From: Candidatus Angelobacter sp.
Lineage (GTDB): Bacteria > Acidobacteriota > Terriglobia > Terriglobales > Acidobacteriaceae
DNA length: 64,000 nt
NCBI GenBank assembly: GCA_036495645.1
Contig: DASXMN010000011.1
Coordinates: forward strand, 62,940 to 126,939
Direction of reading: 5' to 3'
Position 1 is the first letter of the stretch. Every line of letters begins with the position of its first letter. The position numbers and the translations under genes were made by a program. Below, piece by piece: positions 35,024 to 47,100 of the stretch. Under the pieces are notes generated by a model that was not told the origin of the DNA, ran no database searches, and saw only the letters and a program-made list of their open reading frames with translations.

Positions 35024-38000
35024 CCATGTTCTCGATCATGGTCAGCAGGGCGTCCTCAACAAACAGGGCGATCTCAGATACGGTACCCGATTTCAACAGC
35101 GCGCCAAGGGGGAACTCGATTTGAAAGGCTTCACGCAACTCCGCGGCTACGCGTATGGCTAAAAGCGAATTTCCGCCTAAACGCAGAAACTCGTCATGAA
35201 TTCCAATGGGATGCACCCCCAACAACTCCTCCCATATTTCCACAATCTTTTGCTCGGTGAAATTACGCGGCGCGACATATTCGGCGCTCAGGTATGACCG
35301 CGAATTCACCATGCCGTTGCCTTCCGGCTGGGTGCCTTGGTTTGATGCAACTATTTCGTGTGTGAACGGAGCAGCCATTGCATTAGCCTTCGCGGGTTCG
35401 GCTTCCCGCTTTTCCTTACGCCGCCTGCTGGGCGTGTGCCAATAGGATTGCCGCTCGAAAGGATACGTCGGAAGCGGGACGCGGTTTCTCCGTTCATTGC
35501 GATGGACTCCGATCCAGTCGGGTTCAATGCCTGCCAGCCATAAATTTCCAAGAGTACTGAGAATAAAAGCACGATCCGGCTGCGCGTCCGATGCATGCGG
35601 CAGGGAAGCCAGCGCGACCCGATCAGCCAAGCCTCTACCGCCAAGATACTGTTCGGCAAGTGACGTCAGCATTTGACCGGGTCCGATCTCCAGAAACACT
35701 GGCGCAGATGGTGAGCACATCTGTTGTAAGCCTGCCGCAAACTGGACCGGCTGCGTCAGATGCCGCGCCCAATACGTGGGATCAGTGGCTTCAGAATCCG
35801 TAATCGGTTTGCCGGTCACATTGGAAATGTAAGGAATTTTGGGAGGACTGAGACGGATTGAGCGCGCAATTCTGGTCAATTCCTCGGCTACCGGCGCCAT
35901 CAGCGGTGAATGGAAAGCATGGGTTGCAAGAAGCCGCCGGCACACGAGTTCGCCTTCGCGCAGCAGGCGCTGTTGCAATGCATCAATCGCCTCCAGTGTG
36001 CCCGCAACTACGCACAGTGATTTGCCATTGATGCCCGCCATGGAGATTTCCGGGGTGAGCAGCGGCCGGATTTCTTCTTCTGACGCCGCGATGGCCAGCA
36101 TTGCGCCAGGGGCAAGCGCTTCAATTCTCTGCGCCCGAACTGCCAGCATACGTAGGCTGTCTTCCAGTGAGATAACGCCGGCCAGGCATGCAGCCACATA
36201 TTCCCCAATGCTATAGCCCATCATGCTTTCCGGAACCACGCCCCAGCTCATCCAGAGTTTAGCCAGCGCATACTCGATGATAAAGAGCGCGGGTTGCGCC
36301 CACAAGGTACGATGAATTTCCTGCAAAGCCGGGGAGCTTTCATCGCGCGCACGCTGCACCAGGTTGCGGAAGTTCATACGTTCTTCCGTCCTGACTTCAT
36401 TCTGCTGCCGCACGCGGGAATCGGGATACATGGTCTTACGCAGATCAACCCCCAAAAGCGGCTTGAGGAACTCGGAGCAATGGTCAACATGGCGCGCGAA
36501 TTCAGGCTCCGATTCATACAAGCCACGGCCCATATCGAGGTATTGATCTCCCAATCCCGGCAACAGGAAAGCAACAGGACGCCGTCCCGATGGCGCCACA
36601 GCAGTGAAGACCTGGGAAGGAGTCCGAGCCTGTAAGAGGGTTATAGCGGCGGAAGCGTCGCGAGAGACAACCATGCGCCTGTGCTCGAAAGCCTTTCTCC
36701 CTTGCTGCAAAGTGAATGCGACATCGGCAAAGTTCTGCTCCGGATGTTGCAGCAGATGTGCGGCCAATTGATCCGTAGCTCGCTCCAGCGCCTGCCGGCT
36801 CCTGGCAGAGATCATGATGAGTTGCCATGACCTTGCCGGTTCCGATGGTTTTGTCTTCGGCGCTTCCTCCAAAATCACATGTACGTTGGTGCCCCCGATC
36901 CCAAATGAGCTTACTCCCGCTCGCCGCGGCTTGTTGCTTTCCGGCCAGGGAGAAAGCGTGTGATTGACCCGGAAAGGACCGCGTTCGAAGGGAATTTTGG
37001 GGTTCGCCTTCCGGAAGTTCAAAGAAGGCGGGATATAACCATGCTGAAGGGACAAAATAGTCTTAATCAACCCAGCCACTCCGGCCGCTGCGTTCAGATG
37101 TCCAAGGCTGCTCTTCACAGATCCCACGGCAATGCTTGCGGACTTGAGAGCAGCCTGGCCATAGGCCTGATTCAGCGCCGCGATCTCAATCGGATCTCCC
37201 ATTGTTGTGGCGCTGCCGTGAGCTTCGATATAGCCGATGCTTGCGCATTCCACTTCCGCTGCCGCAAGCGCCATGGCAATGACTTCCGCCTGCCCTTCAA
37301 CCGCGGGAGCAGTGAAACCGACTTTCCTGCGGCCATCGTTGTTGACTGCTGAACCCTTGATGACTGCGTAGACGGTATCGCCATCGGCAACCGCGTCCTC
37401 CAGACGCTTCAAAAGAACAACGCCAACTCCATCACCGCTTACCGAGCCACTGGCATCGGCATCAAAACTGCGGCAATGACCATCGGCGGAAGCAATGCCT
37501 CCGGACTCGTACATGTACCCGCAACGCTGGGGTACGCTGACGGTCGCGCCGCCGGCCAGCGCCATATCGCACTCATAGGTCATCACTGCTCGAGCAGCCG
37601 CATGAACGGCGGCAAGCGAGGTGGAACATGCCGTTTGGATATTGAAGCTCGGACCCCGCAGGTTAAGGCGGTAAGAGACGGTCGTCGCCAGATGGTCCTT
37701 CTCCGCGCCACCCATCAGGAGGCGAAAAGCGCTTACGGAGTCTCCTTCCATCTCCTCTCCTGCAAGTTGCCATATATAAGAGGTGAATGACATTCCAGCA
37801 TAGACGCCGATCATCCCGAGAAATTTCTCCGGCTCCCATCCCGCAGATTCCAGGGCTTCCCACGCGCACTCCAGAAACAACCGTACCTGCGGGTCCGTCA
37901 ATTCTGCCTCGCGTGGCGAGTAACCAAAAAAACCAGCATCGAACAAATCAGCGTCCTGCAGCACTCCTCGGGCTTTCACATAATTCGGATGGCGCAGCAG

Positions 38001-38162
38001 CTCAGGGCTGATTCCGGCTTGTTCCAATTCTTGGTCAGAGAAAAACGACGTTGCTTCAATTCCCTGGTACAGGTTCTCCCAGAACCGCTGGAGATTGGGG
38101 GCCTGGGGAAATCGTCCCGCCATGCCGATGATTGCTATTCCGTCAAGTGCGTCCCTGGTCAT
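34965..38162 (-). CDS. type I polyketide synthase module: KS-AT-carrier (no KR/DH/ER)
   Basis: 1065 aa. The KS has DGIAIIGMAGRFP and the active-site block TACSTSL. The AT has GYSIGE (nt 36201-36218) and HAFHS. The carrier domain is PCP-like (YVAPRNFTEQKIVEIWEELLGV...FLRLGGNSLLAIRV). The start ATG overlaps the NRPS2 stop (ATGA). Confidence 0.95.
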   Translation of the reverse strand: MTRDALDGIAIIGMAGRFPQAPNLQRFWENLYQGIEATSFFSDQELEQAGISPELLRHPNYVKARGVLQDADLFDAGFFGYSPREAELTDPQVRLFLECAWEALESAGWEPEKFLGMIGVYAGMSFTSYIWQLAGEEMEGDSVSAFRLLMGGAEKDHLATTVSYRLNLRGPSFNIQTACSTSLAAVHAAARAVMTYECDMALAGGATVSVPQRCGYMYESGGIASADGHCRSFDADASGSVSGDGVGVVLLKRLEDAVADGDTVYAVIKGSAVNNDGRRKVGFTAPAVEGQAEVIAMALAAAEVECASIGYIEAHGSATTMGDPIEIAALNQAYGQAALKSASIAVGSVKSSLGHLNAAAGVAGLIKTILSLQHGYIPPSLNFRKANPKIPFERGPFRVNHTLSPWPESNKPRRAGVSSFGIGGTNVHVILEEAPKTKPSEPARSWQLIMISARSRQALERATDQLAAHLLQHPEQNFADVAFTLQQGRKAFEHRRMVVSRDASAAITLLQARTPSQVFTAVAPSGRRPVAFLLPGLGDQYLDMGRGLYESEPEFARHVDHCSEFLKPLLGVDLRKTMYPDSRVRQQNEVRTEERMNFRNLVQRARDESSPALQEIHRTLWAQPALFIIEYALAKLWMSWGVVPESMMGYSIGEYVAACLAGVISLEDSLRMLAVRAQRIEALAPGAMLAIAASEEEIRPLLTPEISMAGINGKSLCVVAGTLEAIDALQQRLLREGELVCRRLLATHAFHSPLMAPVAEELTRIARSIRLSPPKIPYISNVTGKPITDSEATDPTYWARHLTQPVQFAAGLQQMCSPSAPVFLEIGPGQMLTSLAEQYLGGRGLADRVALASLPHASDAQPDRAFILSTLGNLWLAGIEPDWIGVHRNERRNRVPLPTYPFERQSYWHTPSRRRKEKREAEPAKANAMAAPFTHEIVASNQGTQPEGNGMVNSRSYLSAEYVAPRNFTEQKIVEIWEELLGVHPIGIHDEFLRLGGNSLLAIRVAAELREAFQIEFPLGALLKSGTVSEIALFVEDALLTMIENMDESALSGMETNDVRPSAGD

Positions 38163-41100
38163 GGTGTCTGTATCCTTCTTAACTTTTGTACGGCGCTTTT
38201 TTGCCGCTCCGCCCGGTTCCGTGTTTCACGGGACTTCCCCTCAAAATTGTAACCCGCGTGAAGAAAGCGGACGAGAGAATCAATCGTGGGAAATTGAAAG
38301 AGATGCAGGAGTTCAATCTCAACCGAAAGTTCCGCGCGCAGTTTCTGATGGAGCTGGATCATGAGGAGCGAATGCCCGCCAAGATCAAAAAAGTTGTCAT
38401 GCACTCCCACCTGATCTACCCCGAGGGCGGTCTGCCATGCAGTGGCAATGGTTTGTTCCAATTCGGTTCGCGGGAGCACAAACTCCGTGGTTAATTGCTC
38501 CTGGCCCAGAACGGACAATGCGGCTCGATCCACCGCACCTCTGGCATTCTGCGGCAACTCCTGCAACGTAATGAAAGCGTCTGGAATCATGTAGGGAGGT
38601 AGCTTGTCATCAAGGAAGCTGCGCAGCTCATTCTGACCCAATCTCTTTCCGTTGTGGACCACGACATAAGCAATCAGTTCGCCATTGGGACGTACAACGA
38701 CCGCCGCTTCCTGCACGCTTTCGTAATTCGCCAGCACGGCTTCAATTTCTCCCAACTCGATCTCGACGCCCTCCATCTCTACCCGATCATCAAGTCTGCC
38801 CATAAGTTCGATAGTTCCATCCTTTCTGTATCGAGCACGCTCTCCGGTTCCACACATACGCCCACCCATTTCCGATGTAAACGGATTGGGAAGAAACTTC
38901 TCCGCCGTCAGTGACGGCCGCCCCATGTAACCACGGCCCGCGGCAGGTCCGGCAATCCACAGCTCCCCTGGAACGCCAATGGCAACCCGCTGCAGGTGCG
39001 GATCGAGGACGTAGATCTCTGCGTTGCCGCGTGGCCTGAATCTGGTTCGTTCTCCTTCTGCAAACGACGTGAGAAAGGCAGAGCTGGAGACCAGAAAAGA
39101 ACTTGACGTTAAACGCGACAAGATTTCCGGACAGCTATTCTCTTGGGCATGCCCATTTTGGTTCGCCGTATCAGCGGCCTCGCACTCCAATACAAGATCC
39201 ATCAGCGCGCTGTGCTCAAGCATCAGACCTTTGGCGTGTCCCTCCTGTGCGCCGGTATAGATGACACAAGCGAGGTTCCGGGGATTGATGTGAACATCAG
39301 GGTTTGTTGCGCTGTGCTGCCCTATCATCTCCCATTCCGAATCCAAACAAACCACGGGCGCATTGGTCTGCGGGAGACGCTTGCGCAGGCCCTCCAGGGT
39401 CAGCAACACGTCAACGTCAGAACTCTCAAGAATGACCCGCAGACGATCTTTAGGATTCAGGATGTCCAGAGGCAGATAGGCCCCACCGGCTTTTAGCACT
39501 CCCATGGTGGCCACCATCATCTCCTGCGAATGCGGCATGAAAATGCCGACCATTGATTCCGGCGCCACTCCCATGCGGGCGAGATAATGCCCAACTTGGT
39601 TGGCCCGGCGGTTCAGATCCCCATAGCTGAATTGCGTTTCGCCAAAAGTTGCAGCCGATTCTTGCGGCCGGTGTTCTGCTTGCGCATCGAAAATCTCGGT
39701 GACGTTGTTCTCCGGGCGAGAGACCAGGCCAACTTCGTTCCAACTGGACAAAACCCTCTCGTCCAACTCGCTCATCATGGGCAATGCCCAAACCGGTTGG
39801 TCGGCGTCTGCAACGATTCCCTCCAGCAGACGCTCATAACGTTGCAACATCTGGCGGATGGTCTCGGCCTCAAATAAGTCTCTGCTGTAGTTAAGGCCAA
39901 TCACTGCGCTCTGCCTGGCCTCTTCCACGCCCATAATAAGATCGAACTTAGAAGTACCAGGGTCCAGTGCGAACGGGACCAACTCCAACCCTCCTAATTC
40001 CGACTTACCCGCAACTGCCCGGCGCAACGTAAACGCCACTTGAAAAACAGGGGTACGGCTAACCTCACGGTCCGGCGCCAGATCTTCCACCAATTTTTCA
40101 AATGCCAGGTCCTGATGTTCGTACCCGCTCAGCACCGCCTCCCGTACTCGCCGCAGCACCTCGCGGAAGGTGGGTTCTCCGCCCAAGTTCGCGCGTATCA
40201 CCAGCGTGTTCAGAAAAAAACCAATCAACCCTTTCGTCTCTTTCCGCTTGCGATTGGCCACCACCGTGCCGACTCCAAAATCCTCCTGCCCGCTGTATCT
40301 CATCAACAGCACCTGGAACGCCGCCAGCAGGGTCATGAGCAAGCTGGCCTTTTCTGTCCTCCCGACCGCATTCAAACCTTCCAACAAATCGCTTCGCAAA
40401 ATTCCCTGCTCTGTCCCTCCGCGAAAACTCTCCCGCGCTGGCCGCACATAGTCCGTCGGCAACTCCAGCACTTGCGGCATCCCGGCTAACTGTCGTTTCC
40501 AGTACTCCATCTGCTGCTGGAACTTCCCTCCACGCAGCCCTTCTCTCTGCTCCAGCGCATACTCCCCATATTGCATTTCCAATTCCGGCAGCGGCGACTC
40601 TTCTCCTCTCCCATACGCCTCATACAATTTTCCCAACTCCTCCATGAATACGCCCAAAGACCAGTCATCACAGACAATGTGGTGCAGCGTCAGGCCCACA
40701 ACATGCTCCCTGTCTCCCGTCTGCACCAACACTCCTCGCAGCAAAGGCGCATGGCCTAAATCAAATGCTTTTCCAGCCTGTTCCGCCAGAACCTTCTTCG
40801 CCTGCTCCTCTCGCTCGCCTGCCTCTAGCGCCCGCAAGTCCACTACCGGCAATCGTAGGTCGAGCTGCTCCGCAAGAACTTTCTGGCTTGGTTCTTCGTG
40901 TTCGTCCGTCACAAAGCAGGTCCGCAGGACTTCATGTCGCCGCACCAGTTCCTGAAAACTCCGTTCCAGCCGAGGAACGTCCAAGTCGCCTTTGAGCTTC
41001 CAGGTCATAGGCACGTTGTAGAACGCATTGCCGGGATTGAACCGGTCCAGAAACCAAAGCTGCTCCTGCTGGTAGGAAAGCGGGAAGACAGAGAGTCTTG

Positions 41101-44100
41101 AGGCAGCAGCTCTCTGCGCCGGTTTGACGCCTTTGTCGGCTCCTGATTTCCTTCCCGGCAATTTCAAGCCAAGCTCTATCACCTCTGCCAGTTCCACAAG
41201 GGTTGGTGATTCAAATATCGCTCGTACCGGAACATCTATTCCAAACGCGTTCTCCATTCTGGTCGCCAATAATGTCGCAAGCAATGAGTGTCCGCCCAGG
41301 TCAAAGAAATTATCGTGTCGTCCAACGCGCGTGATTTCCAGCGCCTCGGCCCAAATCTGCGCCAATTGCTCCTCTACCTCAGTATGAGGAGCTTCGTAGT
41401 GCTCAGCTCCCAAATCCAGATCCTCAAACTTTTCCAGTGCCTCCCGGTCTACCTTCCCATTGCCCGAGAGCGGCAACTCGTGCAAGGTCACGATGAGGCT
41501 TGGAACCATGTACGCTGGAAGCTTGCCTTTCAGGTCTCGCCGCAACTCATCACGGTCCCGCTCTCCAACCACATACGCCACCAGCCGTTTACTTCTATTT
41601 GCGCCAGTCTTCGCCACCACTGCACAGCCCCGTATCCCGCTCTGCTGTTGCAGCATCGCCTCAATCTCTCCCAATTCCACGCGGTAACCGCGTATCTTCA
41701 CCTGGGAATCATTCCGTCCAATAAATTCGATCGTCCCATCCGGACGCCATCTCCCAAGGTCTCCTGACCTATACATCCGCGATCCCTCTTCATTGGCAAA
41801 CCGATTCTTAAGAAAACGCTTTTCTGTCAAATCTGGACGGTTCAAATACCCTCGCGCGACGCCCGCTCCCCCAATGTACAGTTCTCCTGCCACTCCCACC
41901 GGAACGAACTGCTCGTACTTATCCACTATGTAAATCTGCGCATTCGCAATTGGGCGCCCGATCGGCGGCAACAGGGGCCAACGGTTCCTTTCCATACTCA
42001 AATGGAATGCAGATGCAGCGTGGGTTTCTGTCGGACCATAATGGTTGTTCAACCGGCAGTGCTCCAGGCGCGTAAAGAGTCCTTTTATCTTGTCATTGAT
42101 GCGCAGTTGCTCCCCGGCTACGTTTATTTCCTGCAGTGCACAAGCGAAAGGCTCTTTGCCGATCTGGGCCACGCCATCGGCAAACATTTGCAGCCCAACA
42201 TAGGGAAGAAATAAGCGCTGGATGCCTTTCTCTATCACATAGCGCGTCATGTCTGTGGCGTTGCGTCTCTTCTCTTCATCGATCAGGACCAAAGTCCCGC
42301 CTGCGCATAAGGTGCTGAAGATCTCTTGAAATGAAACGTCAAACCCGAGTGCGGAAAACTGCAAGGTGCGCTGTGGTCCAGTCCACGCTGATTCATTCAT
42401 CTGCCACATAATCATGTTCATCGCGGCACGCGCCGGCATGGCAACGCCTTTGGGCAGACCAGTAGAACCCGACGTATAGATGACGTATGCCAGGTCCTTG
42501 GCGCTCAATCCAATGGTGGTGTGCTCCGGGTTCGAGTCGGGTTGGTTACTCCACGGCTCTGCGCCTCTCAGGTCAATCAACTTCAAGTCCTCTCTGACTT
42601 CCGTGAACAACCCGCGAAGATGGCTTTGGGTCAACAACACCCCCGGCCTGCTGTCCTCCAGCATGAATCGCAACCGCTCTTCCGGATATGCAGGATCCAT
42701 CGGTACGTATGCCCCTCCCGCCTTCATCACGGCAAGCAGCCCTACAATCATTTCCAGGCTGCGGTCCACGCATACGGCTACCAGCGTGTCCGGTTTCACC
42801 CCCAACGCTCGCAGATAATGGGCTAACCGGTTGGCCTGGCGATTCAAATCACCATATTTAAATTTCTGCCCTTCGTACTCCACCGCCACAACATTCGGTG
42901 TCTTCGCCGCATGCTCTTCGAACAATCTTCCGATGGTCTTGTCGCGCGGATAGTCTCTGGCGGTCTGATTCCATCTTTCCAGTTGCTCCCTCTCGGGCTC
43001 GGTCAACAAGGGCAGGTTCCACACCCGCTGCTCCGGATTTTCCACCACCGCCTTCAGTAACTGCTCGTAATGTCCCAGCATCCGCTGGATAGTTTCCGCT
43101 TCAAACAAGTCAGTGGCGTAGTTGATCGTAACCGCTGCGCCCTGCGTGGCCTCCTGCACACTTATGACGAGATCGAACTTAGACATCCCAATATCTATCT
43201 CGAAGCCGCTCAACCCCAATGCCCCGAATTCCAATGGGTCGGGCTCGCCCAGCGTCGTAAACAGCACTTGAAATATGGGGGTACGGCTGACATCACGGTC
43301 GGGCGCCAATTCTTCCACCAATTTTTCAAATGACACATCCTGATGCGCGTACCCGCCCAGCGCCGCCTTACGCACTTGCCGTAGAACTTCACGGAAGCTG
43401 GGCCCGCTGCTCAAATTTGCGCGTATCACCAGCGTGTTCAGGAAGAAACCGATGATTTGTTCCATCTCTATCCGCTTACGGTTTGCTACTACTGTTCCAA
43501 TTCCAAAATCCTCCTGCCCGCTATACCTCATCAGCAGCACCTGGCACACCGCCAGCAGCGTCATGAATAAGCTGGCCCGCTCTCCCTTTCCCACGGCATT
43601 TACGCCTTCCAGCAGGTCGCTGCTTAGGCTTCGCTGCTCAATCCCTCCACGGAAACTCTGCCGCGCCGGCCGCACATGGTCCGTCGGCAGCTCAAGCACT
43701 TGTGGCATTCCTTCCAACTGCCCTTTCCAATACTCCATCTGCTGCTCTAACCCTCCTCCACGCAACCCTTCCCTCTGCTCCAGCGCATACTCTCCATATT
43801 GCATTCCCAATTCCGGCAGCGGCGACTCTTCTCCTCTTCCATACGCCTCATACAATTTTCCTAACTCACTCATCAATATTCTCAACGACCAGTCGTCACA
43901 AATAATGTGGTGCAGCGTCAGCCCCAAAACGTGCTCCCTTTCTCCCATCCGCACCAATAGTCCCCGCAACAACGGCGCTTGGGTTAAATCAAAGGCCTTG
44001 CTACCCTCTTCCGCTATAATCTTCTTCGCCTGCTCCTCTCGCTCACTTGCCTCTAACTGCCGCAAATCCATTACCGGCAACCGCACATCGACTTTCTCCC

Positions 44101-47100
44101 CAACAACTTTCTGCTTCAGGTCTTGATGTTCATCCATCACAAAGCAGGTCCGCAGGATTTCATGTCGCCGTACCACCTCCTGCAGACTCCGCTCCAATGT
44201 GGCGACGTCTAGATCGCCTTCGAGCCTCCAGGCCAAGGGCACGTTATAGAAGTCACTACTCGGCTCGAACCTGTCCAGAAACCAAAGCTGCTCCTGTTGA
44301 TAGGAAAGCGGAAAGAGAGAAGGTCTTGAACTGGAATTTGCCTGCTTCCGTGCTACGCCTTTATCACTTCGTGACTGCAAACTGCGCTCTATTACCTCTG
44401 CCAGGTCCGCAATCGTCGGGGACTCGAATATCGTGTGCACCTGAACATCTATTCCAAATGTGTCTCGAAACCTGGATACCATTGCGACCGCCAGCAGCGA
44501 GTGTCCGCCCAAATCAAAGAAATTATCATGCCGCCCGACTCGAGTAACTTCCAGCACCGCTGCCCAAATCTCCGCCAGTTCTTCCTCTATCGACGTTCGA
44601 GGGGCTTCGTAGTGCTGTGCTGAATCGTCCAAACCCAAATTTTCCAGCTTTTCCAACGCCTGCCGGTCTACCTTCCCATTGCTCGTGAGCGGCAGTTCCT
44701 GCAAACCCACTATGACACTCGGAACCATGTATGCCGGAAGCTTGCCTTTCAGATCGCGCCTTAAGCCCTCATAGTCCCCAACCACATATGCAATCAGCCT
44801 CTTACTTCCATTCGCACCAGACTTCGCCACCACCGCGCAGCCCCGTATCCCACTCTGCTGTTGCAGGATCGCCTCAATCTCTCCTAACTCAATTCGGAAA
44901 CCGCGGACCTTGACCTGAAGATCATTCCGTCCCACAAACTCGATTGTCCCGTCTCTCCGCCACCGCACCAGATCTCCCGTCCGGTACAATCGCCCTCCAC
45001 CCTCCTCGCTATACCGGTCCGGCACAAACCGCTCCGCCGTTAAATCCGGTCGCCGCAAATACCCCCGCGCTACACTCGCTCCCGCTACATACGCTTCTCC
45101 CACCACTCCTATCGGCACTACATTCATCGCTCGATCCAGCACATACATCCGCCGGTCTCCTATCGGCTTCCCGATGGGCAGTGAAATCACACTCTCCGGC
45201 AATTCCCCCGGCACCACATAGCAACTGCTGAATACCGTGCATTCCGATGGCCCATACCCGTTCACCACCCGCATTCCCGGCATCTCCGCCAGAGCCCTCT
45301 TGATGTGCGTCACCGACGCCGTCTCGCCCCCCGTCAGCAGATACTTCACTCCTTGCAGGCACTCCACATCGCTTTCCACAATCGAGTTCAACAGGGCCGC
45401 CGTCAACCACAGCGTATTCACTCCCCGCCCCTGCACGTACTTCCTGATCTCTTCTGCGCTCAAGATTCGCTGCTGCGCCAGTACGCTCCGTCCTCCCGTC
45501 AACAACGCCCCCCACAGCTCCAGTGTGAATGCGTCCCAGCTCACCGAGGAATGCTGCAGCAGCACCGTTTCTTCATCGAAACGCACATAATCAATTCCAA
45601 AAATGAATCCGGCAATACTGCGATGCGGAATCTCGCTCCCCTTCGGTTCTCCCGTCGATCCCGATGTGTAGATCACGTACGCAAGATTTTCAGCGTCCAC
45701 TCCCGTTTCCGCCCGCTCCAGGCTCGTCTCCGGCAAGCTCCTGAACGCATCCTCATTCGCTACATCGATAACCTGGATGCCTTCATGGATTCCACCTGCC
45801 AAATCCAGCAAACCCGGCCAATCACTTCTCACTAGCAGCGCCACCGGAGTGCTGTCCTCCAAAATGAATTGCAATCGTTCCCTGGGGTACGACAGATCCA
45901 GCGGCACATACGCTCCACCCGCCTTCAACACTGCCACCATCCCCACCACCATCTCCAATCCGCGCTCCACACCAATTGCTACGCGCGTATCCGGCCTCAC
46001 TCCAACGGTTCGCAGGTAATGCGCCAGCCGGTTGGCTCTGCGGTTCAGCTCCGCATACGTCAACTCCTGCCCTTGGTGCTCCACCGCCACGGCGTTCCCC
46101 ATTCTGGCCGCACATTCTTCGAACAACTCATGCACGCACTTCTGTCCGCCTTGCGTCTCCCCCAGGTTCCACTCCACTAAGAGCTGCCGTGTTTCATTCT
46201 TGGCTAACATTGCCAGGTCCCAAATTCGCTGCTCCGGATTCTCCACCACCGCCTTTAGCAGCCGCTCGTAATGGCCTAGCATCCACTCAATGGTCACTGC
46301 TTCAAACAGGTCAGTACTGTAGTTGAGCGCAAGCTTTGGCTCATTGGATTCTTCAACAATCATGGTGAAGTCAAATTTGGAATGTCTAATATCTGCTCCG
46401 AACTCGCTCAATTCCAATCCCGCAAATTTCGAGTCCGTGGGTCTGCGCACCGTAAACATTACTTGGATTAACGGGTTACGGCTGATGTCGCGGTCCGGAG
46501 CCAGTTCTTCCACCAGCTTTTCAAATGGCAGGTCCTGATGATCGTACCCGCTCAGCGCGGACTGCCGGACCTGCCGCAGTACTTCGCGGAAAGTCGGATC
46601 GCCTTCCAGATTCGCGCGTATCACCAGCGTGTTCAGGAAGAAGCCAATCAATTCGTGCGTGTTTGTCCGGCTGCGGTTAGCTATGGACGTGCCAACTCCA
46701 AAATCTTTCTGCCCGCTGTACCTCATCAGCAGCACCTGGTACGCCGCCAGCAACGTCATGAATAAGCTGGCCCCCTCAGCTCTCCCCAGTGCGCTCAAAC
46801 TTTCCAGCAAACCGCTTCCCAAACTTCGATTTTGTATTCCTCCGCGGAAACTCTGATGCGCCTGCCGCATATGGTCCGTCGGCAACTCCAGCACTTGTGG
46901 CATTCCGTCCAACTGTTTTTTCCAGTATTCCATCTGCTGCTGAAACTTCTCTCCACGCAGCCCTTCCCTCTGCTCCAGCGCATACTCCCCGTATTGCATT
47001 TTCAATTCCGGCAGCGGCGACTCTTCTCCTCTTCCATACGCCTCATACAACTTCTCTAACTCTTCCATCAATACTTCCAACGACCACTCATCACAGATAC

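Noticed and set aside
38969-39271. I considered that the collapsed A-domain core was an assembly or sequencing artefact, either a deletion or a frameshift.
   Set aside because: The reading frame is continuous through the region. The surviving A3, A7, A8 and A10 motifs are each independently mutated at many positions. A single deletion artefact would not produce that pattern.
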